From Acidimicrobiales bacterium (GTDB lineage Bacteria; Actinomycetota; Acidimicrobiia; Acidimicrobiales; Poriferisodalaceae), in the NCBI GenBank assembly GCA_014239555.1, contig JAAZYR010000007.1:3141-67140 (forward strand): a stretch of 64,000 bases of DNA, read 5' to 3'. The position numbers were made by a program, and so were the translations under genes. The stretch's first letter is position 1, and each line of letters starts with the position of its first letter. The notes below the pieces were generated by a model, which did not search any database, was not told the DNA's origin, and was given only the letters and a program-made list of their open reading frames with translations. Below are positions 38,172-47,683 of the stretch, in pieces.

Positions 38172-40019
38172 TTAGTCAGTTATGAATGCTTGGTTCAGGT
38201 TTGGTACTGCCCAACCTTGGCCACCAAATGTCCCATCAGGGAGCACCCAGCCGTTGATACCGCTGATGTTGGTATCAAGGGCAAGCAGCGTAGCGGTGTG
38301 ACCAGAGAAATAGATCGGTACGTCGCGTGCGAGACGCATCATCACCATTTCATAAAGTGCGTAACGTTCCTCAAACACATCGGTACCGATAGCCGCTATT
38401 AGCCAGCCAAAGATTTCGATATCGAAGTAGTTCGGGAAGTTGGTCGGTGTGAAGATGCCGTCAAGCCCATATGCCGCAGCTACTCCCAAAGTATGTGGAG
38501 CGAGCTGGCGGTTTAACTCAGTTGACGGATCGTTTTGACTTGACCAACGCCAGCAATGCACACCATGTGACCCCTGGAAGTCCGGAGGAGCACCTAACGC
38601 ATAACCGATGTGAGTTTGCTGGTCGTAGTTCGTGAGGTTGACATCAACCATCCCAGATGCACTCCACAACTGCTCAACGACCTGGATCGCCGCGATAAGT
38701 GTTGGGTCGGGTGGGCAAGAAAGTTCAACTTCAATCTTGTCGCCAACTGCTCGACCATCGGACCTGTCCGGATCGTTCACGTACTCCTCGATGAGCGCCT
38801 TTCCAGCGTCGAAGTCGAAGCTTGGGAAAGCAGCAGCAACCTTTTCGGAATACCACGGGCTGTCTGGGCTGTACCACTGGGTACCAGGAAGCGAAATTCC
38901 TGTACCGCCAAGAGCCTCGATGACGGCATCTTGGTTGTTCATGTGGGTCAAGCCGCGACGAACGCGAACATCATCCAATGGAGGATTGTTCAAGTTGTAC
39001 ATGCCGCCACCGACGTTGTTTCCTTGGAATTCAAGAAGCGTGATGTCGGCCCCATCTTCCTTAGCGGAGCGGGCATCGCGAATGGTGCCCTGACGTAGTG
39101 TTTGCATGGCATTAGTGGTGCCCGAAAGCAACGAATCCAATCGGGTTCCTTCATCAGGAATCGGACGGAATGTCACTGAGTCAAGATATGGCAACTGGTT
39201 GCCGTCTCGATCGTTCATCCAATAGTTCGGGTTTCGCACAACGATGGTCTCGTTATCCAGATCGCGTTTGTCCATCGTAAATGGACCGGTTCCGATTGGA
39301 TTCATGGAGTAGCCATCAAAGTCGTCGTTAGCGGCGTACGGCTCAAACACTGCGCCGAGAGGCGTTTGCACTAAGAACGACGGGAACGCTGAGTGGGCTG
39401 CTCCTAGAACATATTTAACGGTGTAGTCATCTACTGCGATTACCTCTTGGAGGTTGGCCGCGGTGACAATTCCGGCCGCTGAAGCGCCGACTTTTTGGAG
39501 CTCAAACATTTCGACAAGGGTCTGCGCTTTGAACGAGTACCCGTTGTGGAATGTGACGCCTTCGTTAAGCGAGAATGTCCACTCGGTGAAGCCGTCGTTT
39601 GCCTCCCATGATGTTGCTAGCCATGGACCAATGGTTCCATCGGCGCGCTGTACTACCAAAGTGTCATGTATGGCGAGGACCATGGTGAGACACGGGGATG
39701 AGCATGCGTCTTCCCACGGGCGAAGCCCGGTCGCTTCTGCTTCAAGGCCAATGGTCAAGTTGCCGCCGTAGTTGACTTCGTCGACTATCTCCTCGACCTC
39801 AGTGTCGACATCGCCTTCGGCTTCAGTGCCGGCCTCGATGACTTCCTCAGCCTTTTCAGTAGTTTCGGTTTCTTCTTCGGTTTCTGCTTCGGTTTCTGTG
39901 CTGCTCGCGGCATCCGAGCTACTGCTCGACCCCGAGTCGCTGTCGCTACCTCCACAGGCAGCGGCGATCAACGCAATCGTAAACAACGATGCGAGGATCT
40001 TTAGCCAGCTTTTATTCAT
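38172..40019 (-). CDS. ABC transporter family-5 solute-binding lipoprotein with an acidic low-complexity linker
   Basis: The start at ATG 40019 is preceded by GGGAGGG. Signal peptide plus lipobox (LIAAACGG). The Ser/Glu/Thr-rich tract is followed by a peptide/nickel-type SBP domain. Confidence 0.88.
   Translation of the reverse strand: MNKSWLKILASLFTIALIAAACGGSDSDSGSSSSSDAASSTETEAETEEETETTEKAEEVIEAGTEAEGDVDTEVEEIVDEVNYGGNLTIGLEAEATGLRPWEDACSSPCLTMVLAIHDTLVVQRADGTIGPWLATSWEANDGFTEWTFSLNEGVTFHNGYSFKAQTLVEMFELQKVGASAAGIVTAANLQEVIAVDDYTVKYVLGAAHSAFPSFLVQTPLGAVFEPYAANDDFDGYSMNPIGTGPFTMDKRDLDNETIVVRNPNYWMNDRDGNQLPYLDSVTFRPIPDEGTRLDSLLSGTTNAMQTLRQGTIRDARSAKEDGADITLLEFQGNNVGGGMYNLNNPPLDDVRVRRGLTHMNNQDAVIEALGGTGISLPGTQWYSPDSPWYSEKVAAAFPSFDFDAGKALIEEYVNDPDRSDGRAVGDKIEVELSCPPDPTLIAAIQVVEQLWSASGMVDVNLTNYDQQTHIGYALGAPPDFQGSHGVHCWRWSSQNDPSTELNRQLAPHTLGVAAAYGLDGIFTPTNFPNYFDIEIFGWLIAAIGTDVFEERYALYEMVMMRLARDVPIYFSGHTATLLALDTNISGINGWVLPDGTFGGQGWAVPNLNQAFITD
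39864..39899. repeat. Three tandem 12-nt units inside the SBP linker-coding region
   Basis: TTCGGTTTC occurs at 39864, 39876 and 39888 (units ttcggtttcttc / ttcggtttctgc / ttcggtttctgt). On the minus strand these encode the TETEAETEEETE tract. Confidence 0.6.
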
Positions 40020-40113
40020 GTGAACCCTCCCTGAGTTCTTGCTGAAATACGTGATTTTGCGGAGGACGAATGCCCAACCGCTAGAGCTTCTGCCGGGCAG
40101 AAGCAATGCTTAA

Positions 40114-41136
40114 TCAAACGCTCACCCCCGCCGAGTTGGCGACAGAGGCGAGCGGGTGATGACACGCGACGTAGTGGTCATCAGAAATCTTTTGCATTTG
40201 AGGTTCTTCAGCCACACATCGATCGGAGGCATAAGCGCATCGAGTGTGAAAACGGCAGCCGGTCGGCGGATCGATTGGAGAGGGCACATCCCCCTGTTCA
40301 ACCAAATCCGTGTCCAGCGTCACGTCAGGATCTGGTATCGGACTCGAATTCAACAACAATTCCGTGTACGGATGCGCCGGGCTGTTGTATAGCGCGTTGG
40401 ACTCAGATACTTCGCAAAGTTTGCCGAGGTACATCACGGCTACTCGGTCAGAAATATTTTTCACCACTGCGAGGTCATGTGCGATAAACACCAATGTCAA
40501 TCCGTATTCGGCTTTGAGATCCCCAAGCATATTGAGGATTTGAGCCTGGACTGACACATCGAGTGCTGAGACCGGTTCGTCACAGATAATGACCTGGGGG
40601 TTAAGGACCAAAGCTCGGGCAATCGAAATTCGCTGACATTGACCTCCGGAAAACTCGTGAGGTCGTTTATCGCGCGCCTCGTCAGGGTTTATGCCGACGG
40701 TTTCGAGCATCGCGTTTACTTTCTCGACTTGCGATGCGGCGTCGCTCGGACCCCAAACCTTTAGAGGTTCGGCAACCACATCTCCGATTCTGCGACGTGG
40801 ATTGAGAGAAGAAATTGGGTCTTGAAAGATGATTTGCAGGTCGGTGCGTGCTTGACGAAGGCGCTCTCCGTCAAGCTTCGTTAGATCTTCGCCTTTGTAA
40901 TGTACGGTTCCTGAATCAGGCGGCGGTAGCTGAATTAATGCTTTAGCCGTTGTCGATTTTCCACACCCGGATTCGCCTACAAGGCCTAGCGTCTCTCCTT
41001 CTTTTACGTCGAGACTGATCCCGCTCACTGCCTTGACAACACGGCCGCGTGATGCTGGAAACTCCACCACCACATCTTGAGCAGAAATGAGAACTTCCTC
41101 GCTTGGGCGAAGGTGAGCCTTGCCGCCACCTGCCAT
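40114..41136 (-). CDS. ABC transporter ATP-binding protein (DppF/OppF type)
   Basis: Walker A GESGCGKST, signature FSGGQCQR, Walker B IICDEP, and a C-terminal oligopeptide-transporter extension. Confidence 0.92.
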   Translation of the reverse strand: MAGGGKAHLRPSEEVLISAQDVVVEFPASRGRVVKAVSGISLDVKEGETLGLVGESGCGKSTTAKALIQLPPPDSGTVHYKGEDLTKLDGERLRQARTDLQIIFQDPISSLNPRRRIGDVVAEPLKVWGPSDAASQVEKVNAMLETVGINPDEARDKRPHEFSGGQCQRISIARALVLNPQVIICDEPVSALDVSVQAQILNMLGDLKAEYGLTLVFIAHDLAVVKNISDRVAVMYLGKLCEVSESNALYNSPAHPYTELLLNSSPIPDPDVTLDTDLVEQGDVPSPIDPPTGCRFHTRCAYASDRCVAEEPQMQKISDDHYVACHHPLASVANSAGVSV

Positions 41137-42284
41137 CAGGAAGTTCCCGACGGTAACTGCACCGATACGTCATCAACGATTTGACCGTTTGCGATTGCAA
41201 GTGTGGAAGGCCGCCCGGCTGAAAGGTTCTTTTCCCAGGCTGCCTGGTTTTCGGGCGTTCCTACTGGGTACCAGCAGGCTGACAAGTGGTCTGTTGCTAG
41301 AGCTTCCAACTGTGGGTCTTCTTCAAAGCAGCGTTCCTGAGCATAAGGGCATCGGGGGCTGAAAGAACAGCCTTGGAGCGAGTCAGCGAGGTCCGGAGGG
41401 CGGCCCGCTATAGCGGCGAGGCGTGTGTGGCTTGGTTGATCGATTTTGGGAATAGATCGCAGTAACGCTTCGGTGTAAGGGTGAGAAGTGCGGTGAAAGA
41501 TCTCTGAGGTATTGGCCTGTTCAACAATTTTTCCGGCGTACATGACAATAATTTCATCGGTGCGGCCGGCTACCACTCCTAAATCATGAGTGACCAACAC
41601 CATCGCCATGTCTCGTTCTTGTTGCTGCATGCCAAGTAGGTTCAGGATCTGATGTTGGACCGTTACGTCTAGCGCTGTTGTGGGTTCATCGGCGAACAGC
41701 AGCTTTGGGTTGCAAGCAAGAGCGATGGCGATCGAAACTCTTTGGCGCATTCCACCTGATAGCTCGTGAGGAAAGCTTTCAAAGCGAGCTTCCGCTTCAG
41801 GAATGCGCACACTTTGCAGTAGTTCGATCGCTAGGTTTCGCGCTTCGGCCTTCGATATCCCAAAATGTTTGCGGACGTGTTCCGTGACTTGTCGACCAAT
41901 CTTCACAACGGGATTCAATGACGTCATCGGATCTTGGAACACCATCGCGATTTCTCGTCCCCAAATTCGTGTCATATCGGAGATGGGCACATCAAGCAGG
42001 TCTTTTTCCAAAAACCGTACGTGCCCGGAAGTCCGAACGTTTCCCCCAAGATTCAAACGCATAATTGTTCGAGCCAGCACGGTTTTCCCTGAACCGCTTT
42101 CGCCAACAATGCCAAGAGTCTGACCCGGATAAAGCTTAAAGCTCACGCCATCAACGGCGCGAACGAGCCCGGCATCGATAGCGAAATGCGTCGCTAGGTC
42201 CTCGACTACCAGAAGTGGGGCGTCACCAAGATGGGTTGTCGCGTCTGCCACAGTCGTTTTGGTCCCTTCCTGAGCCCCCGCCAA
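41136..42284 (-). CDS. ABC transporter ATP-binding protein (DppD/OppD type)
   Basis: Walker A GESGSGKT, signature LSGGMRQR, Walker B LFADEP. The start is uncertain (TTG 42284 or GTG 42251). Confidence 0.88.
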   Translation of the reverse strand: MAGAQEGTKTTVADATTHLGDAPLLVVEDLATHFAIDAGLVRAVDGVSFKLYPGQTLGIVGESGSGKTVLARTIMRLNLGGNVRTSGHVRFLEKDLLDVPISDMTRIWGREIAMVFQDPMTSLNPVVKIGRQVTEHVRKHFGISKAEARNLAIELLQSVRIPEAEARFESFPHELSGGMRQRVSIAIALACNPKLLFADEPTTALDVTVQHQILNLLGMQQQERDMAMVLVTHDLGVVAGRTDEIIVMYAGKIVEQANTSEIFHRTSHPYTEALLRSIPKIDQPSHTRLAAIAGRPPDLADSLQGCSFSPRCPYAQERCFEEDPQLEALATDHLSACWYPVGTPENQAAWEKNLSAGRPSTLAIANGQIVDDVSVQLPSGTS

Positions 42285-42371
42285 ACATCAGACGCATCGT
42301 GGTGAGCCTAACGGTCGTTCAGTCGCAAAAAACTAAAGCACGGTGCGTCGGGATAGCAAGCACAAAGCAAG

Positions 42372-42391
42372 ACAATTTCGAAACAATTTCG
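42372..42391 (-). promoter_or_regulatory. Direct repeat upstream of the ABC importer operon (candidate operator/promoter element)
   Basis: ACAATTTCG occurs at 42372-42380 and 42383-42391 (11-nt period) within the 134-nt spacer. Confidence 0.2.
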
Positions 42392-42418
42392 GGGACCGGC
42401 ACCAGGCCAAACCTTCAG

Positions 42419-43843
42419 TTACCACGTGTCGATCGTGTGTTTCTTCTTTCGATGGCTTGAACGGCGCTCGACCGAGGTGGGCAAGTGCTTCAGGAGTCGG
42501 GACAAACCGAGCCGAGTTTCTACAGGTTCAATGATGTCGTCAAAGGAGTTAAAACTTCTAGTGGCGGTGAACGGATCGTGACTTCCAAGGTGTGCCGTAG
42601 GCCAGGCGACCTGCCACAAGGGGACCGTATGCCCGGTGGGAGAGCCCGCCATGAGGTGCCCGCTAAAGCCCCCTGCTTGCCTTAGCTGAATTGAGGCGAT
42701 TGGTACCGTACGGCGTTGTTGGGTTTGCAGCACTCGAGTGTGCCAACGGCTAAGTCCGGGTTGCAGACCTGTCTGGGTTTCAATAGCGGTGTAGGGACTA
42801 TCGATAAGAGAAACGACTGGGTACTCATAGGAGTCACATAATTCTACGAAGCGTCCGATCTTGGTGGCCGTTGCTTCGCTGATTATCCCGGCGTCGACCG
42901 CGGGATTGCTGGCGAGTATCCCAACTGTTCTTCCGTCAACGCGTGCAAGCGCGGTGACGACGCTCCGTCCAAAATTAGGCCGCAATTCCAAAATGGGTTC
43001 GTTGTCCACTATGGCTTGGATGACTGGATGTACGTCGTAGGGACCAGACTCCGGCACCAGATCGGCGATTCCCTCGGACGATGCGTTTGGCTGTCCATTG
43101 GGTTGATCCCATAGAAAGTTGAGATACCTCTTTGCTGACTGAATTGCTGTGGGTTCATCGTCGACGAGGAGATCAATTCCGCCGGTTCGGTCATGCATCT
43201 CCACTCCCGCTAATTCTTGAGGAGAGAGAGTTAATCCGAGCGCAGCTTCAACCATCGGTGGACCGCCCATGCCGATGGCTGATCCGCGAGTTGCAATGAC
43301 GATGTCGGAAAAGCCGGCGAGGCTGGCGTGCCCTGCGAACGAGGGGCCGGACACGATAGCCACGGTGGGAACCCATCCGGACAATTCGGCCATTCCATCG
43401 AACAAAGTGAACCGGCCGATCTGGCCGCTCAGTTCTAAGTGACCGAGGCCTGCTCTCGGATGTCGGGCGCGACTTCCACCCCCGTCAACAAAGAACGCAA
43501 CCGGCCATCGATGTTCGTGGGCAAGCGATATCAGGTGCTCAAGTCGCGCTGCACCGTATCCACCACCACGATCGGTGTAGTCGGTTGAGGAGGTGATGAT
43601 CGGGTGGCCATTGATGGTCCCAACAAAATCAACTCCGCCACTTTCGGGTACCCACCCACCATCGTTATCTCTCGCCGCTATCGAACCAAATTCGACCTCT
43701 GACCCGGGATCGAGGAGGGTGGCTGTGCGCTCACGAGCCGTGAGGTGGTGCATGGAGCGGACTTTTTCCACGGCTAAGGGGCGCGAAGCGTCAAGCCGAA
43801 GTGCTTTAGCGTCTCGAAGTTTTTTGAGTAGGTAGTCGCGCAT
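42419..43843 (-). CDS. Carboxyltransferase-domain protein (divergent acyl-CoA carboxylase beta-like)
   Basis: Two crotonase-fold halves resembling the PccB/AccD family (FVDGGGSRARHP, GMGGPPMVEAALG). It is more divergent than its upstream paralogue. Confidence 0.8.
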   Translation of the reverse strand: MRDYLLKKLRDAKALRLDASRPLAVEKVRSMHHLTARERTATLLDPGSEVEFGSIAARDNDGGWVPESGGVDFVGTINGHPIITSSTDYTDRGGGYGAARLEHLISLAHEHRWPVAFFVDGGGSRARHPRAGLGHLELSGQIGRFTLFDGMAELSGWVPTVAIVSGPSFAGHASLAGFSDIVIATRGSAIGMGGPPMVEAALGLTLSPQELAGVEMHDRTGGIDLLVDDEPTAIQSAKRYLNFLWDQPNGQPNASSEGIADLVPESGPYDVHPVIQAIVDNEPILELRPNFGRSVVTALARVDGRTVGILASNPAVDAGIISEATATKIGRFVELCDSYEYPVVSLIDSPYTAIETQTGLQPGLSRWHTRVLQTQQRRTVPIASIQLRQAGGFSGHLMAGSPTGHTVPLWQVAWPTAHLGSHDPFTATRSFNSFDDIIEPVETRLGLSRLLKHLPTSVERRSSHRKKKHTIDTW

Positions 43844-43849
43844 TTTTAA

Positions 43850-45322
43850 TTACCTGGTGTCGATGTCGTGGACTTTTTCAGACGGTAGGGCGCGTTTTGA
43901 ACGACGGAGCATTGATGCGATTAGTGGTCGCGTCTCCTCGGGCAAGATCACATCATCAAATGAGAAAGTGCGCCCCGCTCGAACCCCTGAAGCAACGTCG
44001 CGCATTTCTTCTGCATACTGATCTCGGATGTTTCTGGCCTTTATGGGGTCCTCTGCATCTCGAATTTCTTTTCGTTTGACCAAGTACGCGGCCCCCTCAA
44101 GGCTCATACCTCCGCTTTCAACTGTTGGCCACGCGACACGTAACTCCGGCATTTTCCGGCTTGTTCCATAGCCAGACATTGCAAACGGACCCAACCCGTA
44201 GGCCTTTCGGATTTGGATCGTGTACAGCGGGACCGTTCGATGGTGAATTGCGGAGAGAGGCCGGGCATGGTGACGAGCTATGCCTTCTTGCTCTGCGTCG
44301 GGGCCGACCATGTAGCCCGGATTGTCGACGAAAGAGACGAGTGGCAGACCATACGCGTCGCACCATTCAACGAATCTGCTCGCTTTATCGGCAGCGGCAC
44401 TATCTATTGCCCCGGCGCGCGGTGACGATGGTTGGTTAGCGAAGATCCCTATGGATTTTCCCTCTAAACGAGCGAACACAGTGATCAACGACTGCGCCCA
44501 CTCGGCCCCAACTTCGTAAACGCTGGCTTTGTCGGCGAACGCCTCAATCACTTCGCGCATGTCATACGCTCTTCGACGGTTGCTCGGAACAATTTGCCCG
44601 ATCGTCGATGCGGAGGCTGCAGCCGAGAATTCTGGAGAGTCGTCATACCAGTACTCCAGGAACCGCTGGGTGGCGTTCACTGCCTCATTGACATCTTCAA
44701 CGATGAGGTCAACGTCGCCGCGAGCGGCAGCGGTTTCGGAAGACATCTGCGTCGTTGGATCGATCAGGCTCCCAAAATCAGAGTTAGTCGTGGCGATAAC
44801 TAGGTCGCAGAGGAAGGCAAGAGCGCTGTGGCTGTCACGGGCCGGTCCGGTGACAACGGCAATGGTTGGAGCCCATCCAGACATTTGTGTCAATCCTTCC
44901 AGGGCATCCCAACGAGCCCTGGTGTAGTTCACAATTGGCGGTGCAGGACGGGGATCTGAAGGGCGGGAGCCATCACCCTCGATGAACAGGACCAGTGGCC
45001 ATCGGTTGGACACTGCGATGGTTGTAAGTTTTGCCAGTTTGCGCATGTTGCGATCGCTGTGGGTGCCAGCTTCGACTGACCTGTCATGTGCCGCGACGAC
45101 GACCGGTCGCCCATCAATATCGCACACTCCGCCGACTATCCCGTCAGAGGAACCGTCATCATCGACCGATGTTGTTCGCCCAGCGAGCAACCCGTATTCG
45201 GTAAAGGATCCGGTGTCGGCTAACAGATCGATGGCTTTGCGGGCAGTGGGACACCCCGTAAGAGCACGAGCTCTGGCGGCGATGATTTGTTGCCGCGGGT
45301 CGATATCCGATGCGTCAGTCAC
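43850..45322 (-). CDS. Carboxyltransferase-domain protein (acyl-CoA carboxylase beta-like)
   Basis: FVDNPGYMVGPDAEQEGIARHHARPL and IRKAYGLGPFAMSG match the C-terminal half of PccB-type carboxyltransferases. Confidence 0.85.
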   Translation of the reverse strand: MTDASDIDPRQQIIAARARALTGCPTARKAIDLLADTGSFTEYGLLAGRTTSVDDDGSSDGIVGGVCDIDGRPVVVAAHDRSVEAGTHSDRNMRKLAKLTTIAVSNRWPLVLFIEGDGSRPSDPRPAPPIVNYTRARWDALEGLTQMSGWAPTIAVVTGPARDSHSALAFLCDLVIATTNSDFGSLIDPTTQMSSETAAARGDVDLIVEDVNEAVNATQRFLEYWYDDSPEFSAAASASTIGQIVPSNRRRAYDMREVIEAFADKASVYEVGAEWAQSLITVFARLEGKSIGIFANQPSSPRAGAIDSAAADKASRFVEWCDAYGLPLVSFVDNPGYMVGPDAEQEGIARHHARPLSAIHHRTVPLYTIQIRKAYGLGPFAMSGYGTSRKMPELRVAWPTVESGGMSLEGAAYLVKRKEIRDAEDPIKARNIRDQYAEEMRDVASGVRAGRTFSFDDVILPEETRPLIASMLRRSKRALPSEKVHDIDTR

Positions 45323-45327
45323 CGCAG

Positions 45328-47547
45328 TTAAGAAGCGAATTGATCGATGATTGAGTTAAAAGTCGCGCTGGGACGCATGGCCTGCGAAGCCATCGCAGAA
45401 TCAGGGAAGTAGTAACCGCCTATATCCATGGGCACCCCTTGACAGTCAATAAGGTCCTGAATGATGGTCCCTTCGGCGTTGGCTAGGGCAGTCGCCAGCG
45501 GCGTAAAGAGGGTTGCGAGTTCGTTATCTTCGCTCTGATTGGCCATCGCTTCGGCCCACCACAAAGCGATGTAGAAATGGCTTCCACGGTTGTCCAGCTC
45601 GTTGACTTTTCGGCTGGGTGATTTGCCTTCGTCGAGAAGGCGACTAGTCGCGTGATCAAGAGCGTTTCCCAACAAGGAAGCCGTGGGATTATCTGTTGAA
45701 GAACCCAGGTGTTCGAATGAGACAGCCAACGCAAGGAATTCCCCGAGGCTGTCCCACCGCAAATGATTTTCGGCTTCGAACTGTTGAACGTGTTTGGGGG
45801 CGGACCCGCCGGCACCCGTCTCGAAAAGTCCGCCACCGTTCATGAGAGGAACAATGGAAAGCATTTTGGCGGAAGTTCCGACCTCAAGGATTGGGAAAAG
45901 GTCGGTGTTGTAATCGCGTAACACGTTCCCTGTGACGGAAATTGTGTCGTGGCCTTGCCTGATGCGTTCTAGCGAAAGTCGTGTGGCTGCCACGGGCGAC
46001 AGAATCTTGATATCAAGGCCATCTGTATCGTGATCGCCTAAATATTGTTCAACTTTTTTAATCAGTTGCGCATCGTGGGCTCGATCGCGGTCAAGCCAAA
46101 AGACCACGGTTACTCCAGTGGCGTGCCCTCGGGCAACTGCAAGTTTCACCCAGTCTCTGATTGGTTCGTCTTTGACTGAGCACATACGCCAAATATCGCC
46201 GGCTTCAACCCGGTGCTCTAAGAGCACGGTGCCGTCTGGTTGGGATACGCGCATGGTTCCTGTTTCGGCCAATTCAAAAGTTTTGTCGTGGCTTCCGTAT
46301 TCCTCCGCTTTTTGAGCCATAAGGCCAACATTCGGTACTGAGCCCATCGTCGTGGGATCGTATGCGCCATTCTCAATGCAGTCTTCGATCACCGCCTGGT
46401 AGACGCCGGCATAACTGGAATCTGGAATAACTGCTTTCGTGTCTTGTTGGGTACCTGCCGAGTTCCACATTTGCCCCGAAGTGCGGATCATCGCCGGCAT
46501 TGACGCATCCACAATGACGTCGCTAGGTACGTGAAGATTGGTTATGCCTTTGTCTGAGTCCACCATTGCGAGCGCCGGCCCAGACTCGTAGGCGGCTGCG
46601 ATGTCAGCCTCGATCCTTGCGCGATCTGCCAGTGGAAGTTCCTGTATTGCCTCCAGCACGTCACCCAATCCGTTATTGACATTTGCGCCAACGCTTTCAA
46701 GGACGTCGCCATGGGTTTCGAAGACGTCAGCAAAATAGGCACGTACGCCGTGGCCGAAGATAATCGGATCAGAAACCTTCATCATTGTGGCTTTGAGGTG
46801 GAGGGAGAACAACACTTCACGCTCTTTGCTGTCCTTAATTTGCTCGTCCAGGAAGGCGCTCAAATGCTTGGCCGACATGAATGTCGTGTCAACGACCTCA
46901 CCAGCGAGGACCGTCACCTCTTTGAGGGTAGTGAGTAGGCCCGATTCGTTTTCGTGTTCGATTCGAAGAACTGAGTCAGACTGAATAGTGGTTGACAACT
47001 CGTTCGACCGAAAGTCGTGTTTGCCCATCGTCGCCACATGTGTTGCCGAATCAGGCGACCAAACGCCCATTGGGTGCGGAAACTTCCGAGCGAAGTCTTT
47101 GACTGCCCGAGGTGCGCGTCGGTCGGAGTTACCTTCGCGTAACACCGGGTTCACCGCCGAACCCTTGATTACGTCATAACGAAGGCGTGTCTCTTCTTCC
47201 TCAGGTGTAGAGGGGCTCGTCGGATAGTCGGGAACGCCGTAGCCAGCAGCTTGTAACTCAAGGATTGTTGCCTGGAGTTGGGGCAACGATGCAGAGATGT
47301 TGGGAAGTTTGATGATGTTCGCGTCTGCTAGGTGGGTCATTGCCCCTAGCTCAGCCAACGCATCACCGACGCGTTGCTGTTCGTCAAGAAGCTCGGGGAA
47401 CGATGCAATCACCCGCCCAGCAAGAGAAATGTCTCGAGTTTCAACAGCTACACCTGCTGCTCTCGCGAACGCCTGGATGATCGGCAAGAAAGAATAAGTT
47501 GCCAACGCTGGCGCCTCGTCGGTATGGGTATAAATGATCTTGGACAT
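45328..47547 (-). CDS. icd: Monomeric NADP-dependent isocitrate dehydrogenase
   Basis: 739 aa. The N-terminus [23 protein letters not shown] and the overall length are diagnostic of the monomeric IDH class. Confidence 0.95.
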   Translation of the reverse strand: MSKIIYTHTDEAPALATYSFLPIIQAFARAAGVAVETRDISLAGRVIASFPELLDEQQRVGDALAELGAMTHLADANIIKLPNISASLPQLQATILELQAAGYGVPDYPTSPSTPEEEETRLRYDVIKGSAVNPVLREGNSDRRAPRAVKDFARKFPHPMGVWSPDSATHVATMGKHDFRSNELSTTIQSDSVLRIEHENESGLLTTLKEVTVLAGEVVDTTFMSAKHLSAFLDEQIKDSKEREVLFSLHLKATMMKVSDPIIFGHGVRAYFADVFETHGDVLESVGANVNNGLGDVLEAIQELPLADRARIEADIAAAYESGPALAMVDSDKGITNLHVPSDVIVDASMPAMIRTSGQMWNSAGTQQDTKAVIPDSSYAGVYQAVIEDCIENGAYDPTTMGSVPNVGLMAQKAEEYGSHDKTFELAETGTMRVSQPDGTVLLEHRVEAGDIWRMCSVKDEPIRDWVKLAVARGHATGVTVVFWLDRDRAHDAQLIKKVEQYLGDHDTDGLDIKILSPVAATRLSLERIRQGHDTISVTGNVLRDYNTDLFPILEVGTSAKMLSIVPLMNGGGLFETGAGGSAPKHVQQFEAENHLRWDSLGEFLALAVSFEHLGSSTDNPTASLLGNALDHATSRLLDEGKSPSRKVNELDNRGSHFYIALWWAEAMANQSEDNELATLFTPLATALANAEGTIIQDLIDCQGVPMDIGGYYFPDSAMASQAMRPSATFNSIIDQFAS

Positions 47548-47683
47548 TCCACTCCACTGGGCGCGTTAACGGACGGTCTAACGGTACATCCTCGCGGTGG
47601 GTGCACATCGGGTCGCCTGGCGGTTCTTAGTGGCTATCGTTTCCTCACAGTTCGTTGTCCCCAAAAAATGAGGTTCTGGTTCC

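Noticed and set aside
47561-47590. TAACGG-N6-TAACGG repeat in the icd / acyl-CoA synthetase divergent spacer
   Set aside because: It is very short and low-complexity (ACGG occurs three times). I cannot distinguish it from chance without comparative data.
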